32,000 nt of DNA. It comes from Erysipelothrix larvae (GTDB taxonomy: Bacteria > Bacillota_I > Bacilli_A > Erysipelotrichales > Erysipelotrichaceae). The stretch covers positions 2,070,001-2,102,000 of the forward strand of contig NZ_CP013213.1 in the NCBI RefSeq assembly GCF_001545095.1, written 5' to 3'. The notes beneath the pieces were generated by a model. That model worked only from the letters and a program-made list of their open reading frames with translations, made no database searches and was not told the origin of the DNA. The position numbers and the translations under genes are program-made. The number at the start of each line of letters is the position of its first letter. Position 1 is the stretch's first letter. Positions 9,203 through 18,748 of this stretch are shown in pieces.

Positions 9203-9451
9203 ATGAAAACAAATCAACAATTTCCACTTCACGAACTTGAATTAGCACCTTGGGTATGGGCTAAGAATCGCGCATTATGCGCAGTTGCAAATTGGAATGA
9301 CAACCTGTTCGAAATCGTGAACGAATCAGAAAAAGCAATTCAAATCAAAATCATCCAACCTTCAAAAGGTGAAGCACACGAAAAATTGCACGGTGAATGG
9401 TTGCAATGGTTACCTAAATCAGCAGTATTGAACATTGAGCGTTACAGTTAA
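9203..9451 (+). CDS. Hypothetical protein, 82 aa (first gene of the plus-strand moron)
   Basis: The ATG at 9203 follows AAGGAG (9191-9196) with a 6-nt spacing. The track's longer ORF begins inside the promoter. No TM segment and no recognised motif. Confidence 0.6.
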   Translation: MKTNQQFPLHELELAPWVWAKNRALCAVANWNDNLFEIVNESEKAIQIKIIQPSKGEAHEKLHGEWLQWLPKSAVLNIERYS

Positions 9452-9466
9452 TAGGAGGAAACAACA

Positions 9467-9910
9467 ATGACAAGCAAAGACTTAAGAGATGTAAAGAAAG
9501 AGTATGGATATGTATTACGTTGGATCAACGGTGGTGGTGATGAAGCCGGGAACACTTGGCCATATCGCTACTTCCTGGAATGCACATTTACAGGGAATAA
9601 AATTGAGTTAGATCATGATAAGTTCAAAGAGTTAGTGACGTTCCCTATTTCGGAGTTCAAAGGACCTTACGCTTATGAGCGATATGTTGAGCTATTTAAT
9701 CACTTTGGAATTGAGCCAATGACCACCAAATCAAGACAAGAGCGGTATATAAGAGCCGTCAGCGACTTAACGTTATCTTCGATAATGACACACTCGGACA
9801 GAGTCAATTTCTCAAAAGGTGTGCTTGGAAAAGCGCGTATTGAACAATATGCAAAAGAATTCCGCAGCAAGGTTAAAAAAGCAGAACAGCTACTTCAATC
9901 AAATGATTAG
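9467..9910 (+). CDS. Hypothetical protein, 147 aa (second gene of the plus-strand moron)
   Basis: Strong SD (TAGGAGGAAACAACAATG) 15 nt after the upstream stop. Soluble-looking, no recognised motif. Confidence 0.7.
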   Translation: MTSKDLRDVKKEYGYVLRWINGGGDEAGNTWPYRYFLECTFTGNKIELDHDKFKELVTFPISEFKGPYAYERYVELFNHFGIEPMTTKSRQERYIRAVSDLTLSSIMTHSDRVNFSKGVLGKARIEQYAKEFRSKVKKAEQLLQSND

Positions 9911-9916
9911 TATATA

Positions 9917-9955
9917 GAAAAAGAGCCACCCCAATTAAGAGGTGGCTTTGTTTTC
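9917..9955. terminator. Bidirectional rho-independent terminator
   Basis: Stem AGCCACC/GGTGGCT (9924-9930 and 9941-9947) flanked by an A-run on the left and TTGTTTT on the right. It serves the plus-strand moron and the convergent minus-strand lysis operon. Confidence 0.7.
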
Positions 9956-10264
9956 ATATTTTCTATCTAAAGGATCAGTGCGCATTTCTAATTGATCATA
10001 CATTTTTTCCACTTTGTGAATCAAGCCATTCCCACCCATATCATAATAGTTGCATATCAATGAATGCATGGTTTCATATTCGTAATCGGTCGTATAACCT
10101 CTATCACGAGCCTTTTCCCATATTCCGATGATGTCTTTACGCAAGATACTTAATATTGCATGTCCTTGCGCTTTGTCTTTCTTATGCAACTTTTGAACGG
10201 TACGACCTAGGTAAATAGTTATGGCCCATATGACTTTATCAATCCAAGGTGTTATATGTTCCAT
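9935..10264 (-). CDS. Hypothetical protein, 109 aa, last gene of the lysis operon
   Basis: Starts 6 nt after the endolysin stop. Function not recognised. Confidence 0.6.
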   Translation of the reverse strand: MEHITPWIDKVIWAITIYLGRTVQKLHKKDKAQGHAILSILRKDIIGIWEKARDRGYTTDYEYETMHSLICNYYDMGGNGLIHKVEKMYDQLEMRTDPLDRKYENKATS

Positions 10265-10270
10265 GTTGGA

Positions 10271-11116
10271 TTACTTCACCGTGCCGTATTTAGGATTCAC
10301 ACGCACTTTACCATAATCGCGTGTCACAATAACACGATCACCATTCCCAGTGATTGTTACAAGGTCATAAGTTAATCCACCAAATTTCTTAGGATTAATC
10401 GTTCCCACTTTTTTCCCATCTGCATAACTGTACACAGGCACAGCGCTTCCAAGTGATGCAGGAAGTGTTAATGTTTTAGGTGCGGAAGTCGGTGTTGATG
10501 TAACTCCTTTATTTACGATTGCTTGAATCGCATTTGCATCATAACCAGCAGCAGTCAATCGTTGTACACGGTCAGCTCCATTACCCCATTTACCATCCCA
10601 TACTTCTTTAGCAACTTCATCATTTGATTTTTTAGCAGATGCAGTTGAAGTCAAAACATAACCTACTGGATCAACCCATTTAGAATCGTTACGGTCTACT
10701 GAAGTAGTACGACCTTTATAAAGACCTGCATGAATGTGTGGGCCTGTTGACATACCAGTATTGCCTGAGTATGCGATTAGGTCACCTTTAGAAACCTTTT
10801 GGCCAACCTTAACGAGTTGTTGTGATAAATGTCCTGCAAAGAACGTTAATCCCAATGATGCGTTGTATACAAACACATCAAGACCATATGACGGTTGATT
10901 GCGTGTTGCTGTAATTTCACCATCAAATGGAGCATAGATTTTAGTACCGACAGACAGAGCCTTATCAATACCAGGATGCATCCCATCTGATGTACCAGCG
11001 GAAGCAATCGCTTTACGATATCCATAACCGCACGACAACACGTGTGGCCCATTTGTTTTTAAGCATAAGTCAAGCATCTCAATAGATGCTGAAAAGTTTT
11101 CTTTAGCGTATTCCAT
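10271..11116 (-). CDS. Endolysin: M23 (LytM-type) peptidase with C-terminal cell-wall-binding region
   Basis: M23 metal motifs HPGID and GPHIH (SGNTGMSTGPHIHAGLY). A CW_7-like repeat (WGNGADRVQRLTAAGYDANAIQAIVN) and an SH3b-like tail. It lies immediately downstream of the holin. Confidence 0.85.
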   Translation of the reverse strand: MEYAKENFSASIEMLDLCLKTNGPHVLSCGYGYRKAIASAGTSDGMHPGIDKALSVGTKIYAPFDGEITATRNQPSYGLDVFVYNASLGLTFFAGHLSQQLVKVGQKVSKGDLIAYSGNTGMSTGPHIHAGLYKGRTTSVDRNDSKWVDPVGYVLTSTASAKKSNDEVAKEVWDGKWGNGADRVQRLTAAGYDANAIQAIVNKGVTSTPTSAPKTLTLPASLGSAVPVYSYADGKKVGTINPKKFGGLTYDLVTITGNGDRVIVTRDYGKVRVNPKYGTVK

Positions 11117-11431
11117 TTATTTTCCTCCCAAGCCATTTACAAAGGCTTCAATCAATATATTTAATTCAATATCACTAATAGTTATCCCTTTTTCATTTGC
11201 CCAAATCAGAACCTTCTCTTTAGCAAGAGCAAGTTTTTCTTTTCCGTCAAGGTTCACTCCGATTTGCTCAACGTATAGAACCGTTGATTGAACGAATTTA
11301 TAGATTTTCTCTTGTTGGTCTATATCCAACTTTGAATCAACGTATGTTTTAACTTTTGTTGCCACATACCCCAATACGATTGTTGCTATACCCATTAATA
11401 ATGGTGTTAATTGTGTTAATAATTCTTGCAT
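11117..11431 (-). CDS. Holin (LL-H-family-like: one N-terminal TM helix plus a soluble tail)
   Basis: N-terminal TM LTPLLMGIATIVLGYVA. The tail pattern ...KEKLALAKEKVLIWANEKGITISDIELNILIEAFVNGL matches my memory of LL-H-type holins. Strong SD, and it abuts the endolysin start. Confidence 0.7.
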   Translation of the reverse strand: MQELLTQLTPLLMGIATIVLGYVATKVKTYVDSKLDIDQQEKIYKFVQSTVLYVEQIGVNLDGKEKLALAKEKVLIWANEKGITISDIELNILIEAFVNGLGGK

Positions 11432-11443
11432 ATATGCCTCCTT

Positions 11444-11869
11444 TTATGTCAATTGGAAAACACACGTCATGTCTAGGGTTTGTTCGTGTGTTTGCGTATA
11501 AACTTGTATCATACCATTTGTAAAGATCGTTGCATCTCTGTGCAATATTAAATTTGCACTAGTAACAGTAATCACTTTAACTGTTCGGTTTGCACTTGGC
11601 CTGTATCCTTCTGCCAATGTTCCGATTGTTTTTGTTGAATCACTGCTGTTATTTAATGTTCCTGCAATATTTATCAAAACGAAATCGCCCATTCTTATTG
11701 CGACTCTTGTTGCATAACTAGAAATTCCGCCTCCTGCAGTTGGAAATGAAAATAAAGGCGCACGAAAGTCTAAATCGTTACTATTATCAATAATTGCATC
11801 AAACAACTCATCACTGTGTTCATAGGTGTTGTTTGTGTCTTTAAATGTTGTTTTATTTATTTGTGCCAT
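11444..11869 (-). CDS. Small tail-fibre-tip / receptor-binding-head paralog, 141 aa
   Basis: The N-terminus MAQINKTTFKDTNNTYEHSDE resembles the N-termini of the two genes upstream. The C-terminus carries AEGYRP...TNG, shared with the 134-aa and 270-aa proteins. No SD in the 27-nt spacer. Confidence 0.55.
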   Translation of the reverse strand: MAQINKTTFKDTNNTYEHSDELFDAIIDNSNDLDFRAPLFSFPTAGGGISSYATRVAIRMGDFVLINIAGTLNNSSDSTKTIGTLAEGYRPSANRTVKVITVTSANLILHRDATIFTNGMIQVYTQTHEQTLDMTCVFQLT

Positions 11870-11896
11870 AAAATGACACTAACTGTCTTTGTGGGG

Positions 11897-12301
11897 TTAG
11901 ACTCTGTACTGAATGTTGATTTGAACGTTTTCACCTGCGGTTCTTGTTGCAATCGCAATATTTCCATCTGTTGACAACCTAATAGGTTGAACTTCGTCAC
12001 CTGATGCACGATAAGAACGAGCAATGACAGTTATGTTTTCTTTAGGTCTATATGCGTTTGGAACATTACACATTACGGTGTTCACGGTTGTTGTGCCTGC
12101 ATTTAACATACCTTGCAAGCTAACCATTCCTGTGTGGTCCTTTGTCGCGGTCACTGTTCCTGCCCAGCCATTGAATGTTGAACAAACTCCGGTATCTATC
12201 AAAGCTAGACTCTTTAGTTCTCTAGCAAGTTCTCTCATTGCTTCGTTGCTGTATTCAGCATCATCATTGGAATCAAATAGTTTTGTTTCATCTAAAGCCA
12301 T
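11897..12301 (-). CDS. Small tail-fibre-tip / receptor-binding-head paralog, 134 aa
   Basis: N-terminus MALDETKLFDSNDDAEYSNEAMREL is paralogous to MAVDTSKIYDSNGISELSDEAIKEL of the next gene. C-terminus carries VPNAYRP...STDG. No SD in the 29-nt spacer. Confidence 0.55.
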   Translation of the reverse strand: MALDETKLFDSNDDAEYSNEAMRELARELKSLALIDTGVCSTFNGWAGTVTATKDHTGMVSLQGMLNAGTTTVNTVMCNVPNAYRPKENITVIARSYRASGDEVQPIRLSTDGNIAIATRTAGENVQINIQYRV

Positions 12302-12330
12302 AATAATAGGCTAAGTCGTTTAATGGGGGG

Positions 12331-12774
12331 TTATTTCCAACGTCCTTTTACAAGTACATTAAAAGCAACAATTGCACCTGAAGTAGAAACTGGCCTCATC
12401 ACACGTAATGATGGGGTGGCGTTTGCCGATACAGAAGTAACACCTGCGATAACTTCGCAAGGATGCCCTTTTGCAATTGTCACAAATACTTTTGGAATAT
12501 CCGCTAGTATAATTGGATATGAAATAGCGCCTACTTCTGCATAAAACACAGAACCCCATGCAGTCGTTACATCCAATGTGTAATTCCCTGTAGTTGCTTC
12601 CATTTCACAGTAGCCACTATTCCATCTTCTTATTCTCCAATTTCCAACAATTGTATCTGATACAAGGAAATCTAGTTGAACTTTGTCAATAGACTCTATC
12701 AATTCTTTTATGGCCTCATCACTTAATTCTGATATGCCATTAGAATCATAAATTTTTGATGTATCGACTGCCAT
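12331..12774 (-). CDS. Small tail-fibre-tip paralog with a different C-terminal domain, 147 aa
   Basis: The ATG at 12774 gives MAVDTSKIYDSNG... The track start at 12780 is TTG. It shares the N-terminal module with the 134-aa protein but has an unrelated C-terminus. Only a weak SD (AAGGGG, 10 nt upstream). Confidence 0.6.
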   Translation of the reverse strand: MAVDTSKIYDSNGISELSDEAIKELIESIDKVQLDFLVSDTIVGNWRIRRWNSGYCEMEATTGNYTLDVTTAWGSVFYAEVGAISYPIILADIPKVFVTIAKGHPCEVIAGVTSVSANATPSLRVMRPVSTSGAIVAFNVLVKGRWK

Positions 12775-12802
12775 TAGCAAACAACCCCTTGCAAACGACC
12801 TT

Positions 12803-12937
<135 letters not shown>

Positions 12938-12961
12938 CTTTTTAGCGTTTCCTTTCGTTTT

Positions 12962-13774
12962 TTAAAGCAATGAATACACCAAGAACACATCAACTGCTTT
13001 GGTTCTTGTTGAGGTATATCCTGTTAATGTTCCATCAGTTGCAAGTGTTCCAAGTCTTGGTTGACCGGATGTCGGTGTGCATGCTATTACGCATGATTTT
13101 GCAGACTTAGGACGATATGCTTCTGGTACAATTGCTAATGTTTTGATTCCTGAAGCCGTTGTAATTGGCGCGCCACTTACTCGAAGTATCGCAATGTCCC
13201 CAATGACAATTAAACGGTTTTCATAAACTGTTTGGATCCCTGTTGGCTTTGGTAATTCAATCAAAATTGGAAGAGTGTTCATGTTTGATACATAAACTCT
13301 CTTGTCTGTGATGGATGCCGTAGTACCGTTTAGATTGATTTCAAACAGCACTTCTTGCCTTACAAGAGCACCCTCATTAAGGTTCCCTTGTTCGAGCGTA
13401 GGGCCTGTTGGATTTGCGCCAGTGCTAGTAGATCCTTTGAGAACTCTAAATTCTAAGACATCATCACTGTCATTACTTTTGCGATATTCTGCAATAATGT
13501 AATCTTTCCGATACATACCTAACGTTCCAGAATCGATGCTCAAATCAATAGTTGTCGATTCATCGACCTTTACAAGATGCCCTTGTAAAGAATAAATTCC
13601 GTCAGCCATTCTCACAGTGTTATCACTAATTTTTGATAATGCTAATTCATTACGATACCCCTTTATAACTCCACTTTTCGCACCCATAATTGAGTTGAAT
13701 ATTGAAGCCCAATCTTGAGCATCTGAGTGCCCAGGTGAGTTTGGAGTATTTACGATTATTGATGTTTGACTCAT
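12962..13774 (-). CDS. Tail fibre / receptor-binding protein, 270 aa
   Basis: Start overlaps the Tal stop by 4 nt. The C-terminal ~60 aa (VPEAYRPKSAKS...LATDGTL) are paralogous to the heads of the 134-aa and 141-aa proteins. Confidence 0.6.
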   Translation of the reverse strand: MSQTSIIVNTPNSPGHSDAQDWASIFNSIMGAKSGVIKGYRNELALSKISDNTVRMADGIYSLQGHLVKVDESTTIDLSIDSGTLGMYRKDYIIAEYRKSNDSDDVLEFRVLKGSTSTGANPTGPTLEQGNLNEGALVRQEVLFEINLNGTTASITDKRVYVSNMNTLPILIELPKPTGIQTVYENRLIVIGDIAILRVSGAPITTASGIKTLAIVPEAYRPKSAKSCVIACTPTSGQPRLGTLATDGTLTGYTSTRTKAVDVFLVYSLL

Positions 13775-14931
13775 ATTGTTATATCACCTACCTTGTAGTT
13801 AAATTGAGTTTTCCCTTTTTCGATGGTTAGTTCTTTTTGGATGATTCGTGCCTTTACTTTTGCATTTGTCACAACATCTTCACCTGCGACAATATCACCA
13901 AGATTGAATTCTAATGAAGTATTATTAATTTGAAAGTTGATTTCTGTTGATGGTAAATAGTCTGATTCAAACTTTTCCTTAGCAGCAGTTATTAACTCTT
14001 CTATCGACTCTACAGACGGATAATCATAAATAACTGCGTTATGGTTGAAATTCTGAGCTACGATATCTTTGATGTCGCTTTCCGTTCCAGTAAACACCTC
14101 GTATAGTTGTTTGGTTTCATAATTGGCTCTTAAGACTACAATCTGTCGTTCTTCTAATTCCCCTTTTCCAAGAGCAATTAAGTAATCACATTTCATTGAT
14201 TCATCAATTTTCGATGTAACAACTGACTGATAGTCTGTGCTTAGATACATATCATCGGAATAATCAATGATTGGATGTGCTGATATTTGAATCAATTTAT
14301 AACCGTCATTAATATATTGATGTCTGATATCAAGCCTCGCATTGCTTGATAGAAGAACTTTCTCAATTGCATTTGTGAACTCTTGAAACCGTAAAGAAAC
14401 GGATATATCAATGCCTGAACTAGCCTGATTAACGCTTATGTTCTTCAATTTTGATGCCTCTGTATCTGGCTGATATGTTCCTGTTGTTGATTGGATAATC
14501 AGAGGCAACTTAAATAGTATTTTATTAATTACAAAGTTGGCTTCTCCATTAAGCACAAAGTACGCATCAAAACCATCTATATCTACTGATCCAACAAGCT
14601 CTTTAACCCTTAATAAAGGAGCAATGATGATTTTGCTCAATTCTGATCTAAAATTTGGACCGCTAATCTTAATCGTTTCATCAGATGTTGATTGGATACA
14701 CTTAACTTTCCCTCCCCACTCTGACTCAGGAATGTATATCCAATCACCAATGCTGATAGTATTCTCATCCCAAGACTTTTTTGATAACACTAATTCAAAG
14801 TCATTTTCATCATATGAACCACCTTCAGAAATGATGCAATTGTACTTAACTAAATTATCGATGATTCCCTTCTCAACCAACTCTGGAACCCCATTCGGAG
14901 TTACAGACTCGACAGAATGAATTATTTCCAT
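13771..14931 (-). CDS. Tail-associated (Tal / gp27-like baseplate hub) protein
   Basis: Position directly after Dit, and a size (386 aa) matching a minimal Tal N-terminal hub. Call by synteny only. Confidence 0.6.
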   Translation of the reverse strand: MEIIHSVESVTPNGVPELVEKGIIDNLVKYNCIISEGGSYDENDFELVLSKKSWDENTISIGDWIYIPESEWGGKVKCIQSTSDETIKISGPNFRSELSKIIIAPLLRVKELVGSVDIDGFDAYFVLNGEANFVINKILFKLPLIIQSTTGTYQPDTEASKLKNISVNQASSGIDISVSLRFQEFTNAIEKVLLSSNARLDIRHQYINDGYKLIQISAHPIIDYSDDMYLSTDYQSVVTSKIDESMKCDYLIALGKGELEERQIVVLRANYETKQLYEVFTGTESDIKDIVAQNFNHNAVIYDYPSVESIEELITAAKEKFESDYLPSTEINFQINNTSLEFNLGDIVAGEDVVTNAKVKARIIQKELTIEKGKTQFNYKVGDITI

Positions 14932-15752
14932 ATTGGTTCAACCAACCTTTCATAAGTAATTATTTCGATAGGAAATGAGCGATTATATTCAACTAATCCT
15001 GATTCAAATATCAAGGCCGTAAACATCGATGGTGATTTTAATCTTGAATTGAACATGTTTATCGTTTCTCCTGATGCAGTAATTTTTACAACGCTTTTTG
15101 TTAATTGGTCAATCTCAATCCGTTCGCCCGTTAATAATTCCCCTGTTACTGAAAATTGTCTTCCGTCAATCCATATCGTTGGATTAACTGCAGGACCAAA
15201 GAAACTAATTTTGGCCAACAAATCAAAATACAGTGGTTCTTCGATGATGTAAGGTCTGACTTTGGAAGCAAAGTGTGTTGGTAATGAAATTGGAAAGCTA
15301 AATCCATCTTCATTTTGAGATGAAACTCCATTAAAAAACGAATAAGTTTTCTCTAGTATCCACAATGGAGTCGGAGCATATATCTTGAACTCAACAGTAA
15401 CCGCTTCATGGTAACGATTCCAATTGGTTTTAGTAGATGCCGTGATGTAACAATTAATATAAGTGTCGTTTACGTATAACTTACCTGGACTGTTGTGCCT
15501 AATATCATTCATAAAAATAACGCTTAATTCGTTCAAAACCGAAGTAACATCGCCCCAAATAACTACACTTATTTTGAATTCATTTTTTACATATTGAAAT
15601 TGAGAAATATACGTTCCAATTCCATCACTACTTATTTCACTGGATATACTTATCTCAGAATCAGCAAATGAATTGGTGACATACAATAATGGAGGTTTGG
15701 TAAAATCAACCTCGCCACCTCTACCCTTATATACAATTTTTGGATGGCTCAT
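14922..15752 (-). CDS. Distal tail protein (Dit, siphovirus tail family)
   Basis: 276 aa. Start overlaps the tape-measure stop by 4 nt. Canonical TMP-Dit-Tal order. Confidence 0.65.
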   Translation of the reverse strand: MSHPKIVYKGRGGEVDFTKPPLLYVTNSFADSEISISSEISSDGIGTYISQFQYVKNEFKISVVIWGDVTSVLNELSVIFMNDIRHNSPGKLYVNDTYINCYITASTKTNWNRYHEAVTVEFKIYAPTPLWILEKTYSFFNGVSSQNEDGFSFPISLPTHFASKVRPYIIEEPLYFDLLAKISFFGPAVNPTIWIDGRQFSVTGELLTGERIEIDQLTKSVVKITASGETINMFNSRLKSPSMFTALIFESGLVEYNRSFPIEIITYERLVEPIWK

Positions 15753-17500
15753 TGTTTAACCACCTTTAGCACAAATTTCCCAAGTATTCTGTCATCAAGG
15801 ACGATATTAAAGTTTTCGAATACAATTGAAAGGTATTGTCCAACTATATGTGCAAAACGACTCATATTTGCCTCCGATAAAGTGACTTCTTGTCCGTCGG
15901 TATTCATCCCTGTGCTATCCACAATCCCATCACCGATACTACTCAACGTTCTCTTGTTTAGTGGAAGTATTGCTTCATGGCCTTTCTCTCCACCTCCCAT
16001 AATTTTGTCTCCATCCAGTCCGAATGCAGTTGGTTTAGTCATGATTCCCCCTTTTGCGTACCACTCGACACTCAATTTAGGAGTACCGTCTTTCAACCAG
16101 TTTAACGGGTTGACTGATCCGGTAACTTTAAAGTGAGGCATTTTAAGCTTTGGAAACTCCCACTTAAAATTCATGAATCCTTTGATTTTATCGATTGTAT
16201 TTCCAACAAACGTTTTAGCAGTTTCAATTGGGTTCATGATGGCTTTTTTAATCTCGTTAAACTTAGTCTTAGCTCCAGAAACCATATTTGAAAATGTGGC
16301 ATTGACACTTGACCACATTCCAGTGAAAAAATCTTTGACTTTACGAACTCCACTTGAAACAAATTCGTTCATGGATTTAACACCGTTGCCAACAACAGAG
16401 GATAGTTTTGACCATGCACCCATCATCCACGCAGTAACTGAATCCCAATTCTTCCATAACGCAATCCCTACACCGATTAATACACCAATTGCGATTGCGA
16501 CCATTCCAAAAGGATTAGCATTCATTGCAGCATTTAACAACCATTGAGCAACGGTCATAGATTGTGAAACTGCTCGATATGCAGACATCGCAGTGCTAAC
16601 AGTGTTAATAATCATTTGAGCTAAAAAAGCTGCAGTAAGTGCTGCGACTACCGGAATAACGATGTTTAGGTTTTTACCTAGCCAGGAAACAGCATCGGTT
16701 AATCCTTCAATCAGTCCAGTAGCAATATTTAGTACAGGTTGGCCAATGTTTGCTAAGAAACGGTTCCACGTAGCAGATAAGTTGCCTGTCACGTTATCCC
16801 AGTTGGATGATTCGCGCGCAGCTTGGCCCATTGCACCATTTAACTCGTAAGTTTCCTCGATTTTTTGGAGGATTAAATCTTGCTTTTGAGCTTCGGTTAA
16901 TTCTTGCCATGATAATCCAAATTTTTCTTGTGCTTTACGTCCCATTTCGGTTGCGTTGGTAAATACCCCTATAGCATCTCCTGCACTGAAGTTTCCTTTC
17001 ATAAGAGAAGCCATTGATCCTGTGACATCATCAAGTGACTTATCATAAAAAGCAGCTCCATCTGCAGCTAATCTGACAGCGGTGTCCGTATTGTTAAGGG
17101 CCTGAGTAGCATCCATCCCTGCACCTTTAAATTGTGCTCCGAATTTACTTGCGCTCGTTTTTAATCGATCTACGTGGATGTTTAATTCTTTAGATTGCTC
17201 TTCCAAATCTTCCATCATCTTTGTTGCATCTGCTCCAAATACTTGGTCGAATTGAGCATCCATTGCGTTCAATTTAGCAGTTGTTTCGATAATTGTTTGG
17301 GTAAATTTGGTAATTACAGCGATGCTGAAAGCAGCAATAATCTTCTTACCAATGCCAGCCATCTTATCCTCAACTTTATTCAATGAATCTGCATTTTTTT
17401 TCGCTTCGGTATCCGCTTTTTTTAAAGTATCAAGTGCATTCTTATCTTCAATTACGATTGATCCCAAAACTTTAAATAATTCAAAAGCCACAGTAATCAC
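15749..17500 (-). CDS. Tail tape measure protein
   Basis: 583 aa. Alpha-helical, Ala/Gly-rich centre with hydrophobic segments. C-terminal WYAKGGIMTKPTAFGLDGDKIMGGGEKGHEAILPL-type motif. GTG start overlaps the chaperone stop (GTGA). Confidence 0.85.
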   Translation of the reverse strand: MITVAFELFKVLGSIVIEDKNALDTLKKADTEAKKNADSLNKVEDKMAGIGKKIIAAFSIAVITKFTQTIIETTAKLNAMDAQFDQVFGADATKMMEDLEEQSKELNIHVDRLKTSASKFGAQFKGAGMDATQALNNTDTAVRLAADGAAFYDKSLDDVTGSMASLMKGNFSAGDAIGVFTNATEMGRKAQEKFGLSWQELTEAQKQDLILQKIEETYELNGAMGQAARESSNWDNVTGNLSATWNRFLANIGQPVLNIATGLIEGLTDAVSWLGKNLNIVIPVVAALTAAFLAQMIINTVSTAMSAYRAVSQSMTVAQWLLNAAMNANPFGMVAIAIGVLIGVGIALWKNWDSVTAWMMGAWSKLSSVVGNGVKSMNEFVSSGVRKVKDFFTGMWSSVNATFSNMVSGAKTKFNEIKKAIMNPIETAKTFVGNTIDKIKGFMNFKWEFPKLKMPHFKVTGSVNPLNWLKDGTPKLSVEWYAKGGIMTKPTAFGLDGDKIMGGGEKGHEAILPLNKRTLSSIGDGIVDSTGMNTDGQEVTLSEANMSRFAHIVGQYLSIVFENFNIVLDDRILGKFVLKVVKQ

Positions 17501-17803
17501 CCTCTTCCATATATTTCTTTGATTATTTCATCTTTAGACTTTCTCGTGTAATAAGTAGTCTCCTTGTGATACGCTTCTTCCTTAAGAGTTTCTTTCCATT
17601 TATCAAATGAAAGAGTCTCTTTTAAATACGGTAAAGAAGTTAAATAAACTTCAAACAATTTATCGTTGTCACTTTTTTGGATTCCCTTTTCGAGAACTAA
17701 AATAGCTTGTTTGCATCTCATGTTATAGATGCGATTTGAATTTGGATATGTACGCAGTAGGAACTCTTCTAGTTCAATTGTGTCCCCACTGCAGATTGAA
17801 AAA
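17497..17803 (-). CDS. Tail assembly chaperone, -1 frameshift extension (gpT-like part of a G/GT pair)
   Basis: The frame of the 74-aa ORF is exactly -1 relative to 17769-18188. It is open upstream to 17817 and overlaps the end of the upstream gene. The run AAAUUUUUC (17807-17799) lies inside the overlap. Confidence 0.6.
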
Positions 17804-18188
17804 TTTCGGAAAGATTCTCACTCGCTAACGCTTCCTTAAACCCTGCTATAATTTCTCCAATACCAAGAAGTAATGCTTCATCCGGTGTCACACACATGAT
17901 CGAACCAATCAATTCTGCTACTGATCCTTTTGACTTTTGGATATTTTTGATTAATAGTCTGATTAAAGATGCAATAGTTTCAGACTGAGCTTGATCAACG
18001 AGAACATTTGCTTGTTGTTTAATCAGTTCTTCTCTTTCCTCTTCAGGCACAGAATCATCGATGTTTGGTTCAAAATTTTTAAGTACACTTCCTGCTTGGT
18101 CAAAAATAGCTTTTAAATCGTCTTGAAGCCCTAAATCCTCAATGACACGAGCAAGCAAAAACAAATCATTTAATTTAAATTTTTTCAT
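17769..18188 (-). CDS. Tail assembly chaperone (gpG-like)
   Basis: Acidic 139-aa protein between the major tail protein and the tape measure. Serves as the 0-frame product of the frameshift pair. Confidence 0.7.
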   Translation of the reverse strand: MKKFKLNDLFLLARVIEDLGLQDDLKAIFDQAGSVLKNFEPNIDDSVPEEEREELIKQQANVLVDQAQSETIASLIRLLIKNIQKSKGSVAELIGSIMCVTPDEALLLGIGEIIAGFKEALASENLSEIFQSAVGTQLN

Positions 18189-18201
18189 ATTACCTCCTAA
18201 A

Positions 18202-18229
18202 TTAAAAAGGATAAGCGTTGTGCTTACCC
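18202..18229 (-). terminator. Rho-independent terminator/attenuator straight after the major tail protein gene
   Basis: Minus strand GGGTAAGC-ACAAC-GCTTATCC (8 bp including one G-U) followed by TTTTTAATTT. The stem includes the stop codon. Confidence 0.6.
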
Positions 18230-18748
18230 TTCATCTGGTGTTGTTGATCCAAATGTAATTGAATAAGAAGATTCATCACGACTATCTTCTTTGTATGTTG
18301 CAGTAAATTCTAATGCTGGAACAACTTCATTTTTATCTTCAAAAGTAAAGTCGAGATTTGACAAGCTGATTGCTTGTGGCAATTCAATAACTACTTCGCT
18401 TCCATCATGTGTTTTTCCGCGCCAGACTACTTGATGATAATCATCTTCGCTAATCGAAGGTTTTGAAGACAATACATTTGTATCTTTCCCCATTGCTGCA
18501 TATACTGTTTTAATCGTGTCGATATCGAATATTTCCAATGCATTTACGACAAGCTTTGCAGTTTCGGAGTCAAACGCAATTCTCCCTTTAACAGGGCCTC
18601 TGTCCCCATCTGCTTCAATATTTCTAAATGTTCTTTCGACATTAAATGTTGAACCACCACGTGTCAATCCAACAGGTGATCCATCGATTTCCACGATACC
18701 ATACCCTAAAAGTATTTTATCAGGTGTTGTTGTTTTAGCTTTAGTCAT
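18224..18748 (-). CDS. Major tail protein
   Basis: 174 aa, beta-rich, placed before the chaperone pair. Call by synteny and general resemblance. Confidence 0.7.
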   Translation of the reverse strand: MTKAKTTTPDKILLGYGIVEIDGSPVGLTRGGSTFNVERTFRNIEADGDRGPVKGRIAFDSETAKLVVNALEIFDIDTIKTVYAAMGKDTNVLSSKPSISEDDYHQVVWRGKTHDGSEVVIELPQAISLSNLDFTFEDKNEVVPALEFTATYKEDSRDESSYSITFGSTTPDEG

